Positions 36,802 to 44,914 of a stretch of DNA of 64,000 nt are shown here, piece by piece. The notes beneath the pieces are model-generated. The model worked only from the letters and a program-made list of their open reading frames with translations. It did not search any database and was not told the origin of the DNA. Origin of the DNA: an uncultured Clostridia bacterium (GTDB lineage: Bacteria > Bacillota > Clostridia > Christensenellales > DTU072); NCBI GenBank assembly GCA_944363505.1, contig CALVUD010000007.1, positions 26,122 through 90,121 on the forward strand. The letters are read 5' to 3'. A program made the position numbers and the translations under genes. The first letter of the stretch is position 1. Each line of letters starts with the position of its first letter.

Positions 36802-38163
36802 TTATTCTTCGGTCTTTTCAGCTTCGGCTTCGGAAGTCGCGGGGGCTTCGGGAGCCGCTATAATTTCGGGCGCCGCGGGGGCTTCGGGAGCCGCTTTAGC
36901 TTCGGCATCGGAAACGGCTTCGGCTGAAGTTTCGGGAACTATTTCGACCTTTGCGACGGCGCGTGAAGCCGCAATCTTTTTGATGGTGTTGACGATCACG
37001 GCAAATCCCTTTTCGAACACTTCGACGCTCAAACGGTCGGAAGTGTCGTTATTGGTGTGATAATAGTCGGAAACGGTGGGCATCTGTGCGGCGAAGGTTA
37101 CGGTACGCACGCCGACCTTGCAGAACGGAGTGGAATCGCACCCGCCCACGGGATTGACGATCTCGTTGATCTTTTCGCCCGTTTCTCCGATCGCTTCCTT
37201 CATCATGTCGATCATTCCCCTGTCGAACTTCGTGCCCTGCCACGGGTCGCCCTTGACGGCGGCGAAGTATCCGGGGTCGGAAATGGAATCCACGTTCAGG
37301 ACGTACATGTTGTTTTTGTCGAACTCGTCCTTATGCGCTTTGACGTATGCGAACGAGCCTTTCAGTCCCGATTCTTCCGCAGCGAAGCCGATATTGACAA
37401 GCTTCATTCCCTCGGGCATCTCTTCGGGATGTTCTTTGAAATACTTCATTACCATCATATTCAGACCTATGCCGCTCATGTTGTCCATGGCGCCGGGGCT
37501 GCCTATGGTCTTGTCCTGAGTCAGGAAATGGCTGATAAAGAAAAATCCGGGGATCGCCGCCACGGGAAGAACGTATAACACTATCGAAGCGACGTATGCG
37601 TCCTCCAGCACGCCGAAGGTGTTCAGTATGCTGAAAAGGCTCATTACCGCCATGCCTACGGCGCAAAGTATTCCGTAGCCGGTCTTGATCATAGCGGTCT
37701 TGGGGTTCATCGCGGCGAGTTTCCAGCACCAGCTGGTATCGTAATGCGCGCCGAGATATACGGTATAGTCGGTTTTGCCGTTTCGGGGTTCGAGTTCGGT
37801 TATGATATTTTCGGCTTTCTCTTTTTTGAAACAGAAATCCCATATTCCCGTATAACGCACTATCTGCATAAAGGTAAACACCAGAATACCTATGTATCCG
37901 ATAAGCGAGAGGATCGGCGCTCCTATGTAATAAAGCACCAACAGCGCCATGGCGACCCAGCCCAGTTTGTTGATGGCGCCGATACTCGCCTCGGGCGCGA
38001 AAACAAAACTTTCCGTCCTGGGTTTCAGACCGACTCTTTCGTTCATTTCGCCTACAAGCTTTTTGCAAGCGGCTTTTTCTTCGGCAGAGCCGGGCAGTCT
38101 GGCGCCGTCCGCTTCTATGGTCCGGACGATCTCCATTGCTTCTTCTGCGTATTTTCTGTACAT
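36802..38163 (-). CDS. M28-family membrane metallopeptidase with an Ala/Pro/Glu-rich C-terminal tail
   Basis: 453 aa. Internal TM helices, zinc-ligand blocks GAMDNMSGIG and FAAEESGLKGS, and the tail APEAPAAPEIIAAPEAPATSEAEAEKTEE. Confidence 0.8.
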   Translation of the reverse strand: MYRKYAEEAMEIVRTIEADGARLPGSAEEKAACKKLVGEMNERVGLKPRTESFVFAPEASIGAINKLGWVAMALLVLYYIGAPILSLIGYIGILVFTFMQIVRYTGIWDFCFKKEKAENIITELEPRNGKTDYTVYLGAHYDTSWCWKLAAMNPKTAMIKTGYGILCAVGMAVMSLFSILNTFGVLEDAYVASIVLYVLPVAAIPGFFFISHFLTQDKTIGSPGAMDNMSGIGLNMMVMKYFKEHPEEMPEGMKLVNIGFAAEESGLKGSFAYVKAHKDEFDKNNMYVLNVDSISDPGYFAAVKGDPWQGTKFDRGMIDMMKEAIGETGEKINEIVNPVGGCDSTPFCKVGVRTVTFAAQMPTVSDYYHTNNDTSDRLSVEVFEKGFAVIVNTIKKIAASRAVAKVEIVPETSAEAVSDAEAKAAPEAPAAPEIIAAPEAPATSEAEAEKTEE

Positions 38164-38191
38164 ATTGCCCTCCTGTGCGCTACGCGCGGTT

Positions 38192-39442
38192 TTATATGCT
38201 TAGATTATGGTTCAGTCGGAAATTTTCTTCCACCAGAATATTTATTTTCGCCGAATATTTGACTTCCTTAAAATAGAATCTGTTAATCCTACGGTCTATC
38301 GTCAAATCAACCGCTTCGTAGTTTTTATGAACTATCGTGAACTGGTTCAAGAGAGGCACTTCGATGACGACGTCTTCGCCGCCGTCGTAGCGCTTGCCTT
38401 TGAATCCGATTTTGTCGCGATCCATGAAAAATTCGCCTTCTCCGACGTCCGAATAATTGTTTTCGTCGTCGCATTCCGCCCAAACCGCCGGGTGCGAAAC
38501 GTAAAAGTTCTCCGCTTCGAGTTCCTTGCGGGCGCTTTCGCGTTCGAAGTCGTACCACAGATCTATTCTGTCGAAACTCACGGAGTCGCCCTCCGGAGTA
38601 AATCTGCCGTATTCGTCATAGCGCACTTTATTGCCGCATTTTTCGCAGACGAGATGGTGTTCCGTGGAAATCATCTCGTACTCCGCTCCGCACTTAGGGC
38701 ACTTATAAAGTATGTAATGGAGTCCCATAGCGGGTTTTTTGCTGCGGTAACGCAAATTGTTCTCCTGTTGGAAAAGATTGTCGTTGAATGTGAATCTCTC
38801 CTTTAAAACGGCATAGATCTCGTCGGCAGTCAGCGTTTTTAACTGTTCTTTGGTGAATAAAAGTTCGGACTTGTTGACCACCAAACCGCGTTTGAAGCCC
38901 GAATACCACCTGGGACGCGAAGAATATCCGCCGTAGTTATGCATGAATACCACGTCGGCGTTCAGCATCTTTAAAAGTTTTGCAAGGCTTTCGGGAAGAT
39001 AAAATAGATTCTTGCCGTCGAGAGTGAATTTACCCTCGGGGAACAGCGCGAGGCTAAGTCCCGCATCAACCGCCCTTTTCATGACGCGTATCGAACCCAG
39101 GTCCATTTCGAACTGGTTTATCGGAATAAGCCCGGCGGCTTTTTTGATGGGCTTGATCTTGCCCCAGGTGAACACGTCCCTGCCGCAAACGATATTCAGG
39201 CGCGTGGGGCACATCGCTATTTCCATCATAGCCACGTCCATGATACAGGTGTGCGTACCAAGCACCACGAAAGGACCGACACGCTTTTTGATCTCCGGGT
39301 CGCGTTCGAAACGACCTTTTATCAGGATTTTGGACAAAAACTTTGCCAGCGGCACTAAGGTCCAATACAAAAATCCCGATGGTCTTTGGGGGGTGAATTG
39401 CTCGTTTTTTGCGGGTAAAGTGCTTTTTTCCTCTGTTTTCAT
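38192..39442 (-). CDS. PlsC-family lysophospholipid acyltransferase-like protein with an internal zinc ribbon and C-terminal extension
   Basis: 416 aa. HX4D motif (HTCIMD), FPEG motif, and CPKCGAEYEMISTEHHLVCEKCG. Confidence 0.75.
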   Translation of the reverse strand: MKTEEKSTLPAKNEQFTPQRPSGFLYWTLVPLAKFLSKILIKGRFERDPEIKKRVGPFVVLGTHTCIMDVAMMEIAMCPTRLNIVCGRDVFTWGKIKPIKKAAGLIPINQFEMDLGSIRVMKRAVDAGLSLALFPEGKFTLDGKNLFYLPESLAKLLKMLNADVVFMHNYGGYSSRPRWYSGFKRGLVVNKSELLFTKEQLKTLTADEIYAVLKERFTFNDNLFQQENNLRYRSKKPAMGLHYILYKCPKCGAEYEMISTEHHLVCEKCGNKVRYDEYGRFTPEGDSVSFDRIDLWYDFERESARKELEAENFYVSHPAVWAECDDENNYSDVGEGEFFMDRDKIGFKGKRYDGGEDVVIEVPLLNQFTIVHKNYEAVDLTIDRRINRFYFKEVKYSAKINILVEENFRLNHNLSI

Positions 39443-39444
39443 GG

Positions 39445-40560
39445 CTATTTAAGGTTTTCGGGGTTCAGACATTCCAGTTCGGGCAGAACGAATCTGCCGT
39501 CTTTTCTGATCAAAACGTCGTCGAAATATATTTCTCCTCCGCCGTATTCGGGGGTCTGTATCAGTACCAGATCCCAGTGTACCGCGGATACGTTGCCGTT
39601 ATAAGCGTCGTCGTAACATGCGCCGGGCGTGAAATGTATGGAACCCGAGATCTTCTCGTCAAACAGAATGTCGCCCATAGGCTTTGTAACGAAAGGATTT
39701 ACCCCTATCGCGAACTCGCCCACATACCGCGCGCCGGGATCGGTATCGAAAATACGGTTGGCGGCTTCGGTATCGGAAGCGGTCGCTTTCACTATCTTCC
39801 CGTTCTCGAACTCCAATCTGACGTCCTTGAACTCGATGCCGTTTTCCACGGAAGGCGCGTTATAGTGGATATAGCCGTTGACGGAATCCTTTACGGGCGC
39901 CGAATATATCTCGCCGTCGGGAATATTGCGTTGCCCCGCGCATTTTTCGGAACCTATACCCTTTATACTGAACCTGAGATCGGTGTCGCGGGCGGTGATA
40001 CGCACCTTGTCGGTAGCGTCCATCAACGCCTTCAGCGCGTCCATCGCCCTGTCCATTTTGGCATAGTCGAGGGTACATACGTCGAAATAGAAATTCTCGA
40101 ACGCCTCGGTCGACGTCCTCGCCTGTTCCGCCATGCCCTCCGTGGGGTATCTCAGCACGACCCATTTTGTTTTGTTTACCCTCAGCTCGTGGTGAACGGG
40201 GTGAGAATACAGCCTGTCGTATATTCCCACTTTTTCACCGTCAATGTCGCTGAGTTCATAGCAGTTGTTGCCGCCGCGGATACCAATATAGGCGTCCATC
40301 TCGCTCATCCTGAACGAATCGTAACGCGCCATGGTCTTTGCCAGCTCCTCGCTCATGCCGCGGCGAACGGCGCGAGTAACGCGCATATCCTCAATACTCA
40401 CGAAAGGATACGCCTTTACGCGGTAAACTTCCTCGACTATCGCCTCCACCAGCATATAGTCGATACCGCGCGCCTCGATCAGGATCTTTTCGCCCTCTTT
40501 CAGAGCGCAGGAATAATTGACGAGGATCTTTGCAAGTTTGTCGATACGTGGATCGCGCAT
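39445..40560 (-). CDS. M29-family aminopeptidase (AmpS/PepS type)
   Basis: 371 aa. N-terminus MRDPRIDKLAKILVNYSCALKEGEKILIE and family-wide pattern. Abuts the luxS stop. Confidence 0.9.
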   Translation of the reverse strand: MRDPRIDKLAKILVNYSCALKEGEKILIEARGIDYMLVEAIVEEVYRVKAYPFVSIEDMRVTRAVRRGMSEELAKTMARYDSFRMSEMDAYIGIRGGNNCYELSDIDGEKVGIYDRLYSHPVHHELRVNKTKWVVLRYPTEGMAEQARTSTEAFENFYFDVCTLDYAKMDRAMDALKALMDATDKVRITARDTDLRFSIKGIGSEKCAGQRNIPDGEIYSAPVKDSVNGYIHYNAPSVENGIEFKDVRLEFENGKIVKATASDTEAANRIFDTDPGARYVGEFAIGVNPFVTKPMGDILFDEKISGSIHFTPGACYDDAYNGNVSAVHWDLVLIQTPEYGGGEIYFDDVLIRKDGRFVLPELECLNPENLK

Positions 40561-41070
40561 TTATTTTTTCTTCCTTTCCCGTTTGACGGGGTAGACCAGA
40601 TTTTCCTTTTTCGGGTCGATGATGACGTTATAATACATCGTCGCGTCGATCCTCGCCGCCTCCAGATCCATATCTATACAGTTGCCGCACTGTTTCGGAT
40701 TTGCGCCCGGGATCTCGCCCGTAAAATCGGATATGTAATCGAAAGCGCGCTCTATCAGCGGTAAAATGTCCTTGGGACCGAGGTCGCCCGAAACCATGAC
40801 GTAAAATCCCGTCCTGCAGCCCATCGGTCCGACGTAAAGTATTTTGTTTCCCCAAAGCTGATCGCCCCTGAGATAATCCGCCAGAAGATGTTCCAGCGCA
40901 TGCACGGAACCGGTAGACATCGGTTCTTCGTGATAAGGTCTTTTCATTCTCAGGTCGAACGTAGTGATCACAAGCCCAGTATCCATTATATCCTTTCTGG
41001 ACACGAATAAACCGCATTTAAGTTTGGTGTGATCGACGTTGAAACTGGAAACGTAAGGGTTTTCTTCCAT
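40561..41070 (-). CDS. luxS: S-ribosylhomocysteine lyase
   Basis: 169 aa. Metal-site motif HALEHL and GCRTGFY. Confidence 0.9.
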   Translation of the reverse strand: MEENPYVSSFNVDHTKLKCGLFVSRKDIMDTGLVITTFDLRMKRPYHEEPMSTGSVHALEHLLADYLRGDQLWGNKILYVGPMGCRTGFYVMVSGDLGPKDILPLIERAFDYISDFTGEIPGANPKQCGNCIDMDLEAARIDATMYYNVIIDPKKENLVYPVKRERKKK

Positions 41071-41133
41071 ATTGCCCCCGAGCTTGATAATTTTTTTTAA
41101 TTATACACTAAGGCATAAAGTTTTTCAAGTATT

Positions 41134-42108
41134 TTACCTAACACCGTTCCCCGTACGCTTGGCGCGCGGCACGTCCGGAATTACAGACTCCGAAAAATCG
41201 GCGATGGCTTTTACGAAAGGCAAAAGGATCAGCGTGGTAACGAGGTTGAAAACGATATGGAAATAAGCGACCAGCGAAGCCACGCCGAAAAACGAGAGCG
41301 CCTCGACCGTCTTTTCTCCGAACGCCACGACGAAAGGCAGGAATATCAATACGCCTATCATGTTGAATGCCAGATGTATAAGCGCGGTACGCTTCATGTT
41401 CGCGGAGCCGCCCATCGCCGCGAGCATCGCCGTGGCGCAGGAACCGACGTTCGAGCCCATTATGACGTAAAACGTGCCCGTAACGGGCATGATGCCCAGC
41501 TGAGCGAGCGTCAACACTATCCCCGTTACGGCAGAGGACGACTGTATGACGGAAGTGAACACCACTCCTATCATTATCAGCAATAAAGGGGAACTTAAGT
41601 TTTGAAAAAGGGATACGAAAGTCGTGGATTCTTTGAGACTCAACGCGTTAGCGCGTATCACGTCCAAACCGATGAAGATCAGCCCGAGAGCGGCAAGCAC
41701 CCAGCCCGCGGTTTTTATCTTTTCCTTTTTCGCCGCCATGAAGATCATTGCGCCGATAAATGCGGTAAAGGCGAATATCTCCGCTATCGGCAACGAGTTG
41801 AACGAGATGATCAGCGCCGTTACGGTAGTGCCGATATTGGCGCCCATTATGATACACGTCGCCTGGAAAAGGCTGACGATACCCGCGTTGACCAGCCCCA
41901 AAAGTATCACCGTTGTGGCGGACGAGGATTGCAAGACCGCCGCGCTTCCCACGCCTACGCCCACCGCCGCGAGTTTGTTGTTGCCGAGTTTTTTGAACAG
42001 TTCTTCTATCTTGCCGCCCGCTATCCCGGTAAGCGACGAGGAGATCAGGCGCATCCCGATAAGGAACGCCCCTATCCCCGAAAAAAGGCGCAGTATGTAT
42101 GCCGTCAT
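41134..42108 (-). CDS. Na/Pi cotransporter family protein (short form, no PhoU-like domain)
   Basis: The start is taken at ATG 42108 (MTAYILRLFSGIGAFLIG...), because the ORF-track start at 42177 lies inside the upstream terminator hairpin. Duplicated QSSSA motifs (LQSSSATTV, IQSSSAVTG). The start remains uncertain because there is no SD. Confidence 0.75.
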   Translation of the reverse strand: MTAYILRLFSGIGAFLIGMRLISSSLTGIAGGKIEELFKKLGNNKLAAVGVGVGSAAVLQSSSATTVILLGLVNAGIVSLFQATCIIMGANIGTTVTALIISFNSLPIAEIFAFTAFIGAMIFMAAKKEKIKTAGWVLAALGLIFIGLDVIRANALSLKESTTFVSLFQNLSSPLLLIMIGVVFTSVIQSSSAVTGIVLTLAQLGIMPVTGTFYVIMGSNVGSCATAMLAAMGGSANMKRTALIHLAFNMIGVLIFLPFVVAFGEKTVEALSFFGVASLVAYFHIVFNLVTTLILLPFVKAIADFSESVIPDVPRAKRTGNGVR

Positions 42109-42154
42109 ACATTTATCGTATGACGCGCCGCGCGTTTTAATTCTTAAACCCCGA

Positions 42155-42189
42155 CGGACAAAGAAAACGCGCCGCAACGGCGGCGCGTT
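42155..42189 (-). terminator. terminator of the surface-lipoprotein operon
   Basis: The minus-strand RNA is AACGCGCCGC-CGUU-GCGGCGCGUU followed by UUCUUUG, starting about 25 nt after the stop at 42214. Confidence 0.65.
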
Positions 42190-42213
42190 CTGCTTAAGGC
42201 AGTTCGAAGCCTG

Positions 42214-44844
42214 TCAGTTTCCGCTGAGGACGTAAACCGTATATGCGGGATACAGCCTGATGTCGTAATCGTAGCTCTCCTCGTACAGAACTTCGTACTT
42301 CAGGTTTTCGTCAACGTACCAACCCGCGAAATCGAATCTGTACTCGATATTGCTGATCTTCAGCGTGAATCCGTATTTGCCGCTTACGGTGTTATAGTCG
42401 TAACCTTCGTACTTGGGCAGGTTCTTCGGAGTGGAATTGAAGTCTATGGTATCGCCTTCGTAGTTGTAAAGCAGCGTTCCGATCTCCTCGTCCGTCATTA
42501 TCGTTTCGATTATCGCGCCGCCGTTTTCGGTCGCGTTGTAATCGCCCTCTTTGAAGCCGGCGTTGAACAAAGCGTCCGCAGCCGCCGAACCGTCGTAAGA
42601 GGTGAACTTAGTCCAGTTGAGTTTCGCCATTGTAACTTCGATCTGTCCGTAGACGTATCTCAGCGGGATCTCGTGCTCGTTCAGAAGTCTCGAAAGCGCC
42701 CAGCCGGTGTCGTACTCTTCGGTGCAGTTGATGTGTCCGTCGTTATTTTTGCACGCTTCCAGAGTGCCGCCGCAGCTGTAAGTCTTTTTGATGAGGGTGT
42801 CCTCGAAGTATTTGTCGACCTGGATGTTGTTGACGGGCTTGTAGTTTTTATAATCCTGCGCGAGCGTGGTCTCCACGTTGCTCCTGATGCCCGACCAGTT
42901 GGCGTTCGCCGCGGTGGTGATCTGTCCGTTGACGTCGACCTTGGTATAGTTTCTGGTGAGGTTCTGATATTCGGCGTAGTTTCTGCCCTCGGTCTCGACG
43001 AGTTCGTCGTATGCCGCCTGTTCTGTTGCGGTCAGGTGCGCGGCGTCGACTCCGAGCGCGGTCAGCATCCTCGTAATGTCGATATTATATATGACCTCGT
43101 TTTTCTTGTTCTGCTGAATTCCCCTTACGGAGTCTGCGGAATAGGATTTTATCTCGTAACGCAGAGCGCCCGTAAGGTCGTTATCGGTTATCGTCGCATG
43201 GGTCAGAACGTAGTTTTGACTCTTCAGCAGTTCTATTTCGTATTCGACCTTATAGTAACGCTGGGTGGGGGACGGATTCTCCTGCTCTTCCTCGGTCAGA
43301 CCGTTCCACTGTTCGCTGACGAGATTCATGCGCAGCGTATTGGTGTCGGACTCGGAATACTCCCAGTTGACGTCGCCTATCTTCATGTTCGCGTCCAGAC
43401 CGTAGCTTAAAGCCTGCTGCATCTCGCTGGAATAGGTTATGGTACCCGAGCCTTTGCCCGTACCGGTATTTTGTCCGTAATAGCTGATGCCTTTACTGTA
43501 TTGTCCCGCTCTGCCGCCCACATAGATCTCGGCGTCGACGTCTTCCTGTATCGCCTGGAACTCCAGCTGGCTCTGATAGTATTTCGTCAGGCAGGCCGTG
43601 GAATAACGGTATGCTTTTTCATACTGACGTCTGTCCATATCGCGGTAATCGAGAGCCTCACGATCGGTATCGTAATAGCTTTTGTGGCTGAGCTTTAAAA
43701 AGTATTCGTATTCGGTGATAGTTTCGCCATTGTACGTCTTGGTTACGGCGTCGTCGAATACGTTATAGTCGCGCTGTTTGAACTGATAATGGTAACCGAG
43801 CAGCGTCATCGCCGCGACCTTGGTTCCCGCCTCGTAACTGTCGTTCATGTCGATGAACTCTCTGAAGGCTATCAGATAGCTGAGGGTGTCGTAATCGTAC
43901 ATTTCCTCACGCATATAAACGATGAACTCCTCGTAATCCCTGCCGTACTGGGAATAAGTACCGTTGTCGCCGAATTCGAGCTCGGAAATATTAAATTCAT
44001 CTTTGTACAGCGGCATCATTACGGTTTCGATGACCTCGACGGCATATTCCGTCATCGCTATCGAAGCGCGGCCGAAATCGTCCACTTCGGCGCCGAAAAT
44101 ACGGAATATCTCGCCGTAGATCTTGCGGTTTTTGAGGTTTATCGCGTCGGAAACTTCGTCGGAATCGGCAAATTCGCCGTTTGCCTTTATCTCCGCCTCC
44201 GTCCAGTCGTACATTTCCTCGAGTTCTTCGAGCTGAGCATAGTCGTCGATAGCGGAGGAAGTGCCTATTTCAAACGTGAATCCGTGGTATTCTTCCCTGT
44301 TCTCCTCTTCCTCGCTGGTACGGCTGATGTATTCGACCATAAGGTCGGTGTGCTCCCTCGCTATGCCCGCGAGCGACAGCTTTTCTATGATCGCGGCGGG
44401 ATCGGAATAACAGAAAATACGCTCTACGGTGTTGGCGGAATCGCCGTCTTCCCAGTACCATTCGCCGTTATCGTTCTGTGCAAGATAGCCGTATTTATGC
44501 TGTCTGGTCCGGGTACCGTCGGCAGCCTCGGTGATCGCTCCGAAAGTGTAGTATTTGGAGTTATCCCAGGTTTCGCCGTCCAACAGCCAGTATCCGCGCT
44601 CCTCGTCCTGTTTATCGGTAAGCTTTTGATTCCAGTTATCCCTGTCCTGTTCGGTGTAATTTACCCGGGCAACGTTTATGTACGCGCTCTGACCGTAATC
44701 CACCATGTCTGGCAGCGTGGAAATATTGACTTTGCTGTTGTCTGTCGGCTTTTTGTCGTCGCCGTTATTTACGCATGCGGCGACCGCGATCACGACAATC
44801 GATAAAATCAACATACAGGCGATAATTTTGATGAGTTTACGCAT
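42214..44844 (-). CDS. large putative surface lipoprotein, unknown function
   Basis: 876 aa. Signal peptide with lipobox (VIAVAAC), an acidic Tyr/Glu-rich body, and a C-terminal unit resembling a Listeria-Bacteroides repeat (YRFDFAGWYVDENLKY). SD AAGGAG. Confidence 0.7.
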   Translation of the reverse strand: MRKLIKIIACMLILSIVVIAVAACVNNGDDKKPTDNSKVNISTLPDMVDYGQSAYINVARVNYTEQDRDNWNQKLTDKQDEERGYWLLDGETWDNSKYYTFGAITEAADGTRTRQHKYGYLAQNDNGEWYWEDGDSANTVERIFCYSDPAAIIEKLSLAGIAREHTDLMVEYISRTSEEEENREEYHGFTFEIGTSSAIDDYAQLEELEEMYDWTEAEIKANGEFADSDEVSDAINLKNRKIYGEIFRIFGAEVDDFGRASIAMTEYAVEVIETVMMPLYKDEFNISELEFGDNGTYSQYGRDYEEFIVYMREEMYDYDTLSYLIAFREFIDMNDSYEAGTKVAAMTLLGYHYQFKQRDYNVFDDAVTKTYNGETITEYEYFLKLSHKSYYDTDREALDYRDMDRRQYEKAYRYSTACLTKYYQSQLEFQAIQEDVDAEIYVGGRAGQYSKGISYYGQNTGTGKGSGTITYSSEMQQALSYGLDANMKIGDVNWEYSESDTNTLRMNLVSEQWNGLTEEEQENPSPTQRYYKVEYEIELLKSQNYVLTHATITDNDLTGALRYEIKSYSADSVRGIQQNKKNEVIYNIDITRMLTALGVDAAHLTATEQAAYDELVETEGRNYAEYQNLTRNYTKVDVNGQITTAANANWSGIRSNVETTLAQDYKNYKPVNNIQVDKYFEDTLIKKTYSCGGTLEACKNNDGHINCTEEYDTGWALSRLLNEHEIPLRYVYGQIEVTMAKLNWTKFTSYDGSAAADALFNAGFKEGDYNATENGGAIIETIMTDEEIGTLLYNYEGDTIDFNSTPKNLPKYEGYDYNTVSGKYGFTLKISNIEYRFDFAGWYVDENLKYEVLYEESYDYDIRLYPAYTVYVLSGN

Positions 44845-44914
44845 CTTGTGTTTCTCCTTATATTGCTCTATATCTATAACGACGGACGACGCTCTCGTCC
44901 GATATTATATTATA

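Noticed and set aside
36690-36863. A 57-codon plus-strand ORF starting MISGVIIILYICFSIRIILISF, which looks like a type I toxin peptide, in the AT-rich region upstream of the Fic gene.
   Set aside because: Hydrophobic Ile/Leu/Phe-rich peptides arise by chance in very AT-rich DNA. The ORF runs through the peptidase terminator and antisense into that gene, and its SD is weak. A shorter peptide cannot be excluded without expression data.
44845-44914. A dif/Xer-like or att-like site in the AT-rich palindromic stretches at 44880-44914 and 10325-10345.
   Set aside because: Neither resembles the Firmicute dif consensus as I recall it. The sequences are short, of low complexity, and better explained as promoter or RBS context.
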